The position numbers and the translations under genes are program-made. Of a DNA stretch of 64,000 nt, positions 53,254 to 64,000 are shown one piece after another (position 1 is the stretch's first letter; each line of letters begins with the position of its first letter). The stretch lies in the NCBI GenBank assembly GCA_900088475.1, contig FLMG01002416.1, positions 5,267-69,266 on the forward strand, written 5' to 3'. The stretch is from Hyphochytrium catenoides (lineage: Eukaryota > Protista > Hyphochytriomycota). The notes under the pieces were generated by a model. It ran no database searches. It was not told the DNA's origin and worked only from the letters and a program-made list of their open reading frames with translations.

Positions 53254-56200
53254 TCACAGAGCACGATAATCCTTCAAGACCTGAGCAAAGCGCAACCAGA
53301 GCAACTCAGCCCAGAGAAGAAATGGTAATCCCGCCATCCAGAGGATGGAGATAGAGGAGCAGAAAAGAGACCACCAATCCCTTTAGGCACAGCTACCTGC
53401 TCCAATCGCACAAAAGCGGTCATAAAATCGTCGTCTTCCAGGCCGTAGGCGTGATACTGGTGGAGGTAAGCTCGGGCCGTGAACATCTCGTCGGCGGAGG
53501 CTAATAAACGCTCAAGTGGCGAGCTAATTCCACCGTTATTACTGAGAGAGTGAAACAGCAAGTGTCTACAGTCAACTGCTAGTTCAATTATAGTTTGAAT
53601 GGCAAGGAGAGAGAGGACGGATACCTGAGAAGAGAGGCGTGCTTGTCGTAGCCATTAAATGCAACTGGGCTGCGATAGCAGCTAAACGGGTCTAAAGCCC
53701 AAGGAGAGTATCTGCATTAGCCAGGATGGAATCAAGTTAGGGACGGAGTCAGAGGTTGCCTACGGCAGGGATCAAAATCAACCAAAGCTAGAGAGGAGCT
53801 AGAAAGAATGAGTGCCAGTGAGATGAAAGTGCCGTCGGATTGTTGCCTACAGTCTCGAGTCTTCGAAAGCTTTAAAATCTGCCTGGTCAGAGGCCGGTCC
53901 TCGCAAGAACAAAAGCGATGAGACGCTCCGGACATAGTCTGATACAAAGCATAGGTTAGCCCTCTAATTGTACCCACTCAGTGACTATAGCATAGAACCT
54001 CTATCGTTCCTTAGAGGTGAAGACTGCTCTGGCGGCCTCACAGACCAGTCTATCCCTTCTTCCAGCCAGCTGTTTGATAGGTTCATCTGACGTAAAGAAA
54101 GACGAAGGGAGAAGCTCAACGACTTAGCTTCTGCTGGTCTTTGGATCTTATCAATCACACAATAATCACAGCTTCCACTAACGAGCTTTCTGAAGTGGAC
54201 ATTTCTGTTTCATTCTCTACTAATGATCGAAAACCCAACAAACCTGATAAAGGTGCTTCAGGAGGCCAGGCCAGGAATGGCTGCTGAAGTCCTTTGACGC
54301 CTTTGGAATCTAAGAGTTTGAGAGAAAGAAGGCGGCTCACAACAGGGAGCTAGCAAGAGGCCATAGAAAATTGTACCAATACAGTCCAAGAGGGTGAACA
54401 CAAGCAGCTTGGACGTTGTTGCACGCTAAACTGAATACGAGCAAACCACTACCCTACCTGAGGGATCGACCTCACGGTTATGATTTTGTACGCCTAAGGA
54501 CAAGATGGGATATTAGGAGCGTCATAAGAATAGGGGAGGATTAATCAAAGAGCCGTTGGGTCGCGTCGATACATATAAAGGCCAAAGAGTAAAGACTACA
54601 AGGATCTTGTCTTGCCTAAGAGGGGACGAAGTGAGAATGCTTTTGTGAACATGGGTGAACAAAGTGAATACAGACTTACTGCATGGGGACAGAGTTGGGC
54701 GATGATGTCACTAAGCAGTCTAATGGACCTTGGCCTGCTGATGTCCTTTGAGACGGGTCGTTAGCGAGTGTCTTCCTTGGAATGAGGTGAAGGAAAGTCT
54801 AAAAGAAGATTAGTTCATGCGTTGAAGAGAGATGTACAGCGGACCTGGCAAACAGCAGACAAGGAATAACGGGTGATAAGAGCTCACCTCTGCTCTAAAG
54901 CTCGGCAGGAGAAAGGAGTTCATTTGCTGGGCAATAACCTGATTCATCTCGATGAAGGACGGTCGTGCCATATTCAGTAGCTTGGAGCAGATGTTGCTAA
55001 TCACATCGTTATCCACGATAACCACCCCATCTGAGACCTATGTGAAGGCAAATTGAGTCTGCGGCAGCGTCAAGTGGGGAAAGGCTTGGCAGGCCTCACA
55101 GATCTGTCCAAGTACCACACAACCTCTTCGAGGCTAGAACGCTCTCTCTTCACAACTCTCATCTCTTTCTTTGACGCGTCCTATCGCTCACCTCCATGAG
55201 CTTGGCCATGGTCAACAGAGAGTTATAGCTCTGGACGATCACCTCCCCACTGCTGTACGGCCAGATCTGGCACAAACGTCACGTCAGCAAACGCCCAGAC
55301 AAGAAAACTTCTCCGAGAGAGAGATGGAGGCTTTAGATGACAGCAAGCCTGTGTTGGCCCAGAAAGGCTCTGGCGTCGCTTTCGGGAGGAGGAGGGAGCC
55401 AAAAGGACACATCCTGAAAGCTTTCACTGTAGGCAGACGAGAGATCGACCTACGACGTGGTTCAACAGGAAAGTGTTGGAATAGAAGTCCCTCAGGTGCT
55501 CAGTGATGTAGGTTCCTTCACGGAGGTCACACCGCGAATAGAAATAATCGTCAGGTGCCAGGCCAAACGGCGGAAGAGTTTCTGTTTGAGGATTCACTGA
55601 CCCAATCCCGACCCCGTGCCTCCAGCGACGCTCTGCAAGACTTGGAATCCACCAAGATAGTCACAGGGCTCAACCTCCTGGACGAGACAGGTTATGAAGT
55701 CAGTAGAGGAGAGTGAATTAAACGAAGAACTAGCTTGCGAAGAGATAGGGACTCGCCGATCGGTTTTGATGATGATGACAACAGTGAGGACCAAGGAAAG
55801 GAGAGAATGATTTAGGGACAGCTACCTTCCGGATGAGATCGTAGACTTCTTCCTGCACTGCCGGACCGTGCACAGCGTATCCATTAGCCCAATTATTTCC
55901 CGAGCCGCTTTGGCGTGTGAACTTCCCTGAGTTCGAAGGCGAGCAGTAAGATCCCCATTCTTGACGCTCCAGGTGACGGTGGAGATGGCTGGTTACCTTG
56001 AGGATCATAAACCCATCGCCCCGACGAGCGAGCCAGAGCTTCGCAGTTGCTGACCACCTTCAGTGTCAAGAACGTGAGAGCAAAGTACGATGGCGACGAT
56101 GATAGAAGGGAAGAGAGGACCAAAATGACAGTCGAGATAGGAGCGAGCTCCAGACAAAAAGATGAAGGATGGAAGCACACAGCGATGGCAGCGCCAATCG

Positions 56201-56481
56201 AAATGCCCGGTTCATGAGGAAGAGCATCACCTTAGGCTCCATGTCAATCAACACCGCCCGGGCGGTCTGGAGAAAGGATGTTAGCCATCTGACATCCCCT
56301 TGCACTGGAGGTGCATTCTTACCGGCAGGGCATCCTCTCCGCGCAAGGAAAAGAATTGCTGAGTTAGTGCTGGCTGCAAGGCGTGAGGGTGGGAGCGGAT
56401 CTCATCCTGGAGAGTGGAGAAGAAGGTCTGCCCGAGCTGGTTTCCACACTGTCCAAGCTGCAGCGTCACTACCGCTGCCAT
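53254..56481 (-). CDS. TUBD1: Delta-tubulin (about 15 exons)
   Basis: [17 protein letters not shown]; [13 protein letters not shown]; [17 protein letters not shown]; [12 protein letters not shown]; [19 protein letters not shown]; [13 protein letters not shown]; [21 protein letters not shown]...VLKDYRAL*. Confidence 0.95.
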
Positions 56482-57113
56482 CCCTGCCGTTCACCCTCAG
56501 CTGTGTTTCCCTCTCCTTTCCGCTGAGACGTGCTTCTTTCTAGTCGCTCCACCACCTGGCACATCGCCGTTGGAGCCGAGAACCGAGAGACTGGGAGGGA
56601 TCGTTAGAAAGGAAGACTGCTGATCCGCTGAAGCCTCTACAGGAAGGAAAGACGGCGGGGAAGGTGCCACCGAGGAGGAGCCGAGCCGAGAGGCGAAAGG
56701 GTTGGGAACGAGGAAGATGAGCTCTGCACACCTCACCTGGATGCCGATTGGCCGTTAGCGGTGGGATTTGCGAATCCCTTGAAACATTCAGAGGCAGAAC
56801 TGTTCTCAACGCTCTCTCTTCGTCGCCGCATCCAACCTCCTTTCGCTCTCTCTCGATCGGCTCTCAGCCGCGAAAAGGGCAGGTGACCTTGTCAGAAATG
56901 AGTGTACAACTAACTTCCTAAGCTGAAGCAGAGAAGGCGCCAAGCACGCTGAGTGTCGGAGACGACGGTCTGGGATGACTCTGGCGAACGCCCTCTGAAG
57001 TGGTCCTCATCATCATGAAGAGATAGCCTCTTGCGCTCTTCCGTCTACCCACTAACCTTTGAACTTCGTTGGAGATTTTTGAAAGAGTCGCAAGGACTGT
57101 GGAGGAGGGGAGG

Positions 57114-59372
57114 ATGAAGGGCTTCGAGGCCAAGGAGGCACTGATGGTGCGGTGTGGAGTGTTCGGCGTGTGCCTTGGGCTCGGGTTGGGGTCCGTACTG
57201 GTTGCAGCGGTCTCGTTTATTTCCTTTAAAGCGCGGCTCAACGGTGCTGTGATGCCTCTCAGCACGTTTCTCTCGTTACTTCTCATGGGCAAGGGCAAGA
57301 TAATACCACGGCGGATTATCCTGATTAGACATGGAGAGTCAGAAGGAAACTTGAATGCTAACATATATTCTAGCGTACGGAATGACCCTACCACTCTCTT
57401 TCTTCGTCCCCCGTCCGCGATGAAGCTTCTCTCATAACCAAATGGATTGTCTTGGTTCTCCCTTGTCTTCTTAGTGCTGATGTTCTTTGAGGGCACAATT
57501 GCAAATTTGCTCGCGGCCCCTCGTCATATTATATGCAAATAGTATCGTCCTCCACCGACACGCTATCTTTCACCTTAAAGCGTCTCTGGCCTCCTGTCTG
57601 TGCTCTCACTTCTAACAAGCCGCTTCCCCACAGACTCCAGACTCGAAGCTGCATCTGACCAGTCGCGGCAGGCAGCAGGCAGAAGTCGCAGGGAAGTTTA
57701 TGAAAGAAATGTACTTAAAAAACGAGACTGTGGTACGTGCCCTTTGTTAGCAAAAGAGCACTGGAAGGCCATCTGGTAAATATGATGGAGACATAAGAGA
57801 AAGATGTCACGCAACTCCTATAATGTGGCCGGAACTCGGGTACAGAACTAACGATGACGTGTCGGACACCACTGTCGGCAGGTCCTGGCAACAAAAGAAG
57901 CAAGGCTACCTTTTTACCCTGACGGCTGCTTTGTTTCTAGAGGTTCCACTAACCAGTGAACTAGCGTTTCATTGTCTCTCCTTACACCAGGACTGTCGAG
58001 ACCTTCGAAGGCATCATCCGCTCCTGGGGCTTGCGGAGAGAGGATGTGTATTATGTTGAAGAACCGCGCATCAGAGAGCAGGATTTCGGCAACTACCAAG
58101 GTAAGCAGCATAACATAAGCCGCAAGCAGGCCGCGAATGTATGGAGGGAACAAGGTGTTGTATGATGGTACGAAAAGAGACTCTTTTCAGCACCGGTGTG
58201 GCTGGCAATGAAAGAGCTACCTGAGCGTGGTACCGCCGATGTGATGATAAATCGTGTGGCAGCCTCTAAGGCATGGGTGATCGTATTTATGTGTATAGTC
58301 GTAGCGTTTGCTATTAGATATGCTGTTGTTGGCTAGGCTTCTAGGGGTGAGACCAGCTTCTAACTTTTCTTGATGTTGCTATTGTTGAATCTGTGGGTCA
58401 CTTAGACCCGTCAGCGATGGTGAAGTTCAAGGAAGAAAGAAGGCGGTTTGGCACCTTTTTTTACCGTTTCCCTAATGGAGAGAGCGGTGCGGACGTATAC
58501 GATCGTGTTTCTTCCTTTCTCGAGTCTCTTTGGAGGAGTTTCCTCTCCCGTCCTGCTGAGAACTATGTCATCATAACACATGGACTAGCCATTCGGATCT
58601 TTTGGATGAGATTCTTCAAGCGGAAAATAGATGATTTTGAGAAGGTAAGACGCATCATTGATGATAAGGGCGCGAGGGGCCACATTGAGAGACTAAGCCA
58701 AAGACGGAGACTGGTCGCATTCCCACAGCGGCGTGTTTATGAGAACCCGTTCGTTCCATGTTTTTATTCCGACCACTGATGCGTAAGCATTCGGTTCTGC
58801 GTCATTGCTGCTACTTACTGCGGGTCACTCACTGCCTTCCGGGTTCTTTCTTCTGCCCATTAAAATCACTCTCGACAACCCTGTAACTGCTCCTGCCCTG
58901 GCAACTATTTCTGTCCAAGTTGGATAATTTTTCTAATTGCGAGTTTTTGGTTATTGAGAACATCGGCGGGAAATTTAAGGTCAAGGTACGGAAGAGCTTC
59001 AACTCCTTCCATTGAAACGACAGTGTCTCCTTCAAGCTCGAGCTCATAATCTACTTCAGCAATGATGCGTTCATTCTGTGGTCCACATCGCTTGGCAGGC
59101 CATGTACTATCTTCTTATAAGTACGACGAGAACTAAGATTGGTCCTGTGACTGATTGATCACCTCTTCGCTATCTAGGCTGTTGCAAAGCTTCCTGAAGT
59201 TGCCGAACATGGGCTAGTAAATAGGCTGAAAACAGATCACACCCCATCTGGTGCCTATTCCGAGATGCTAGTTAGTGACCATCTTAGAGAAAAGTCGCCC
59301 CTCCAATCGCCAGAGTGTTCACCTCTTATGGCAAGAAGAGAACAACCGGTAATGGAGAAGAAGTCCCTTTAA
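57114..59372 (+). CDS. Histidine phosphatase / phosphoglycerate-mutase family (Det1-like) with N-terminal TM segment, 6 exons
   Basis: PRRIILIRHGESEGN; TPDSKLHLTSRGRQQA; FIVSPYTRTVET; EEPRIREQDFGNYQ; RFGTFFYRFPNGESGADVYDRVSSFL; IITHGLAIR; NFSNCE. Confidence 0.92.
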
Positions 59373-61387
59373 GATACCTGTCCAACTAGTGTTGTTGTAC
59401 AAGAGACTAATGATGTACCACATACGAAGTTTGCAGCGGAGAAAAGACAGTAACCCACCGATTGTGCTTCAAACAACCTGCGAGTGAGCGGTGGCTATCA
59501 AAAGGACGGTGCAAATATCAACGAAGAGCTATGATACTACCGAAGTTACGCGAATCCAGATGGTTTTGAATATGCATCTTATTACTATTATAATGCTCCG
59601 ATTCCAACTACCTTCATCCTCTCAATTACCTTCATAATACGGAGAGCACCCATTCGATCATGCTCTGCTACACCAACCCAGGTAGCTGTTGTTCATTGTG
59701 AAGTACAAAAGTGGTAAGGTAGCTTCAGGTGTATTGATCATTTCGACAGAGCTCAGGACAGATTGATCCTGCTGATCCTCGCTCTTGTCGCCCCCCTCCT
59801 CTTCAATCCTCCGCCTGTTAATGGAAGGTCTTGCTTGCCCTCGTTGTTGATACCGCCGTTTGATCATCAACACATGGAGAAGGACAGTTGTGTACTAATA
59901 CGATATGATGGCAGACTAACGCAATAATAAAGCTGTGACTAGATGAAGGTAATTCAACTCCCTTTTTTTGGTCTGTCGTCCGGCGGTGCTGATTCCTTAG
60001 CATGGGGAATGCCGTAAGATTTAATGTCTCGAATAGATACTCTCCTGCCGGTACCCGCTACCAGTGAGATTGGTGCTGTCCCTCCAAGAAGAGTATTCAT
60101 CAGCCATGTTTTACCTAGAGGTCAGAGTGCCCTCCACGTCCCTCCCTCCACGTGAAAAAGAAAACACTAATCTACCCTTAGACTCGCAACAGATTGTGAT
60201 GTCTGGTGGATAAAGATGAATCTCTCTCATTGATCAATGGAGAGCTTCAATGATAACGTAGGATTTGATAGACGCAGATGAAGAAGCGCACAGTAGGTAG
60301 TATTTGCACCATCGACAACTCCCTTCTTATATATGGGGCAGCACCACATACCTCTGGAATCATAATCTCCGTTAGTATTGGATGGGTCAAGCCGCGATCT
60401 CTTCTTCGCCAGTATGACTTTGTTGAATCCTCCTTTAATGAGGACGACGAACTGAGATGGGTTGGCGATGGCAGCAGGATGGAAAACGTCGTTGAACGTT
60501 AAACAGACAGCCACTTACATTTTCACCGCTACGTGCACTGTGAATAGCACCTTGTTGGCTGGTAACGTATCACTACATACAGGCCAATCAGATTGCAGCC
60601 AACGGACCTTCAACGGGCTAATAAGAAATAGCAATAACTCTCCGCGATGGAGACATTCTAAGGATAATCACTACAGCCTGATGATGACGAGGATGACCGG
60701 CTTTTCATCAAAGTGGCATACTGTAGTTGTGGGGTTCGGAGACAATTTTGTTCTAAAAAAAAAATTCCAGTTCACAATTTTACTCGTACCCTACAATAAG
60801 TAGCGGATAACGCCAAGGATACTCTTCCCCGCTGTGAACGCCAAAACATCCTCTTCTTTTACCTTCTTCTTCCGTGACAACAAGGTCTTTTCTGCTAGCG
60901 AATCGCGATGCCTGTTATTGAGAGCTAACAGACCGGCACATGGCCTGATGATGGTAGAAGAATGCCGACAGTCACGAGGGGAAACACCAATCAGCAGCAG
61001 CAGCAGCGGCCATTGAGCCAGAGGCAGCTACCCCGAGACCAGACAATAACACAATCCCGTGGAGCAGTGAACCCTCCACGAAGTTGCGATGGGGATGATT
61101 GCGTGTTTCCTCGCGCAGCGGAAGGACATCTGATTCCATGTTAGATTTTATCAATAGCTTTAGGCTGGGCCTAGGGCTCGCCCGACGTTACTAGTGCGTA
61201 ATCCAGCAGCCTTCGGCTGCATTATTAGTGGAAGATGCTTAGATCACTGATTTAATACTTATACAGGTACAAGTAACACCAGGAGCTCTTCATTCCTTCT
61301 ACATGTAGAACTAGTTCTGTCAGTATTCCTTAGGCACACTCTCTAAAGGATCTCTCTACTCATTCCCCGACGCTTCCTACAGCAGAG

Positions 61388-61476
61388 TAGTGAGTGAGTG
61401 AGGAGTGAGTGAGCGAGTCAGTGAGTGAGTGAGTGAGTGACTGAGTGAGTGACTGAGTGAGTGAGTGAGTGAGTGA
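61388..61476 (+). repeat. (GAGT)n tetranucleotide repeat
   Basis: Imperfect gtgagtgagtgag... array. Confidence 0.9.
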
Positions 61477-61819
61477 ATGGCGAAAGTTTCTCAACCCTCG
61501 ACTGCCGGCCGCAGGAGTCGCGTGACATGTCACCTCCACCACCCTCAGCTCCTACAGCTAAAGTGAGGTTACAACACAAATTCCGGTGGACGCACGCACG
61601 CGTTACAAATTCGAGTTATGTTCATAAAAAAAGCCCCTTCGCTTCGGCTCTGACCCCTTTTAGATCTCCAAGGTACACAAACAAAGACACAAACCCAAAG
61701 AAAAGCCCAAACAGTGATTAGTGAAAATCCAAATAGTGAAATTTTGATCACAAACACACACACACACACAGACACACAGACAACACGAAAAAGTCCATTC
61801 GTGCTGAAGCCCCTGTGGG

Positions 61820-62078
61820 TTGAAATTGAGGCTCGCCCTCCAGGCTGATGCTGATTGGGCTAGTGACCCAGCTGATCGCAAGTCTATCACAGGCTACTTA
61901 TTGAGCCTCAACGGCGGGGCGGTACTTTGCGTGTTGCGTGGAAGTCAAAGAAACAATCTCCCCGAGCCTCGTCAACACGGAAGCGGAGTGCGCCTCTCTT
62001 TGGTCCGCAAGGCAGGTCGCAGAGCACTTCAGCGTGTTCCTGTGCGAGCTTGGCTTCTTCAACCAGCTGCCCATTCCT
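61820..62078 (+). mobile_element. Degenerate Ty1/Copia RNase H fragment
   Basis: ADADWASDPADRKSITGYLLSLNGGAV, frameshift, AWKSKKQS, frameshift, SLVNTEAECASL...FLCELG. This is the Copia RNase H signature. Confidence 0.85.
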
Positions 62079-64000
62079 AGTAGGGTAAGGAGTCTGTGTC
62101 CTTGGTCTCTTGGTTTAGGAATGGGAAAAATTATGCCTGTCGCGAGCTCTTGGATCATCAGACCTGTTCGGAGACATGGATCTAAGATTGTTCTCACTAG
62201 ATCCTTGCATATTGCAGGGAGGCATTTTAAGGCTATTCTAGGATAGTGCTCGGCCCTGAGGCGGTTGTTCCTGTCGGTCCACTACAAACTTGTGCTTTCT
62301 CTTCATTTGTGATGGGTCCCATCAGCTCTGCCCATCCCTGCTGTGTTGCCACAGTTTCCGGCCTAAGCATTTCCCACTGTTCTCTGTCTGCTGATCCGGT
62401 GGGGGGTTGGGTTGCAGGTAGTAAGCCTTTTCTTCGTTTGGTTTCTCCAGCACCTTTACCTGCACCCAGTTGGGTGGGGCCTTGCCGCGGCTGTCCAGTC
62501 CTCGAACTCTTGTGCCACTCCTGTCAGCTGTTCCTCCGTCGTAATTGTCGTTTGATGTTCTCCTTCTTTTAGATATGTTGCAACTTCCATTGGCTTTACT
62601 CGGGCTCTTGGCTTTACCAGCTTCCCAAATCTAGTCAGAGTCTTTCTATTGTTAGGTTATATGGGATGATTGGACAATGTCATTAGATGAGAGTGCTCTA
62701 CTTATAAGCCCAACTGGGGTCCCACAATCTAGAGCTATTCTGCAACTATTCCGAACAAAGTCTAAGATATGGAGTTATAGAGATATCCATGTCTAGAATA
62801 GTCAGTTCTGAAGGTATTCCGGGGTACTGACCATAAGCCATAGATATAAATAGGGACATTTTGTTTGCTTCATATCTCAGCTTCTACTGGGAATTTAGAG
62901 CTGAAACTTGGGTAGTTAGGCTTGCCAGCTTGTAGTCTACATAACTGTGTCTTCAGACTCGAACACTCCCCGCAGCTCGAACTCCCTATTATGAAGGGTC
63001 GAAGCTGAACATTCAACACTATCGAGAAGTTTTCGCCTCTTCAACCTCATTTCTCTCAGCGCTTTAAGGAACTTCATCCTTAGGAGGCGAGAGATCTCCT
63101 ATGAATTGAAGCTGCTATGTGCGTGATAGAGGCACGCCAGGGCGTCCCATTGTACCTTGTTAGGCCCTCTTGGGTTTGCCGGCAGTTCGGGCACTCTCAA
63201 TGCTATGTTTGCTGCCTTCTGGACTGTCTTTCGCACCTTCTTCGCTAATTTGTCGTGTGGGTGTGTAAGGAGTGATTTGGCAAGGTTTCCCATGTATCAT
63301 AATATGTGCTCAGACCTCCTCTGTGTCTGGCGGTCGCCGGATTATTGCTCCATCTGCTCACTAACTCACAAGTTGTCTACGTACCGCCCTTAGGTAGTTG
63401 GCTTCCTTGCTCCCTCTTGTTTGTCTCCCGGTGGTCTGGCCTAGGGCTTGTTTGCCTGCTTCCATCGATCACCCCTTTCTCTAGGTAGTTCCATGTTCGC
63501 TGTATGTTCCTGGTCCATCGCGGCTCCTTGACCTCAATCACCTGTTTCAGTAGAGGTGTAGACACTTCCTCTAGCCGATCAAGTACCCTTGGCACTCCTC
63601 TTGTTTCTCTTGGAGTAGCTTACTACGGAAGGGCTGAGTCCTTTCATAGTTCTCGAGCGCTTCGCTTTCCATATCATTATCTGTTTCGTCGTCCTCCGTC
63701 GCTTGTCTGGGCTTTGTAAAGGTAAGCCTGCCCCATTTCACCTTCCCTGCCCTTGTGTTAGTGGGAGGTCCACGTGATGGATGTCTACCTTGCCATCTCT
63801 CGCCTTCTGTTGGCCTTGCTAACGCTTCCGCTCGTAGCAATGTCCCATCATTTCTCAGTATTGTTTCTGCATAGGGGAAGTCTGCTATCACTGGAGCGTG
63901 GTCACTTCTGTCTAAGTTTCATTTTGTTATAATGTATGGGATTTGAAGACGCTCTCATTTAGGTTATGTGGTCTACTGATATGCTCGAAGTGAGTATGAA
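62075..64000 (-). mobile_element. Decayed non-LTR retrotransposon (LINE) ORF2: APE endonuclease end to start of reverse transcriptase
   Basis: NLDRSDHAPVIADF (APE SDH motif) near 63880-63918. ILDPCLRTGLMIQELATGIIFPIPKP..GHRLLTLL (RT domain-1 PIPK/YRPISLL equivalent) near 62075-62197. Many stops and frameshifts lie between. Confidence 0.75.

Noticed and set aside
59600-61200. Short ORFs downstream of the phosphatase gene
   Set aside because: No motif and no coherent gene model.
61388-61476. Telomere-like or CRISPR-like array
   Set aside because: Simple GAGT microsatellite with no spacers or known telomeric unit.

Overview
Gene-dense, intron-rich eukaryotic nuclear DNA with canonical GT-AG introns, the standard code, many GA/CT microsatellites and three assembly gaps. 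Gene content suggests a flagellated protist, most likely a stramenopile; that placement is inferred, not proven. I hand-spliced about 20 genes: HVA22/TB2-DP1-like membrane protein, proteasome RPN9 and RPT4, a 4-EF-hand protein, exosome MTR3, a small Zn-ribbon/CaaX protein, a Zn2Cys6-PAS transcription factor, a DMT/EamA transporter, NDUFA8, two XBAT35-like ANK-RING E3 ligases, a 6TM K+ channel, TTLL1, an orphan membrane protein, a DEP/FCS-finger protein, a CFAP119-like protein, a triple-CH calponin-like protein, ZMYND12-like, delta-tubulin and a histidine phosphatase. The right end holds a Copia RNase H relic abutting a decayed LINE. The most notable signal is in the EF-hand gene (6439-6789, minus strand). 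One intervening sequence cannot be removed in frame by a single GT-AG splice, but resolves cleanly as a nested [D1,2] spliceosomal twin intron (stwintron). To my knowledge that structure has been described only in fungi.
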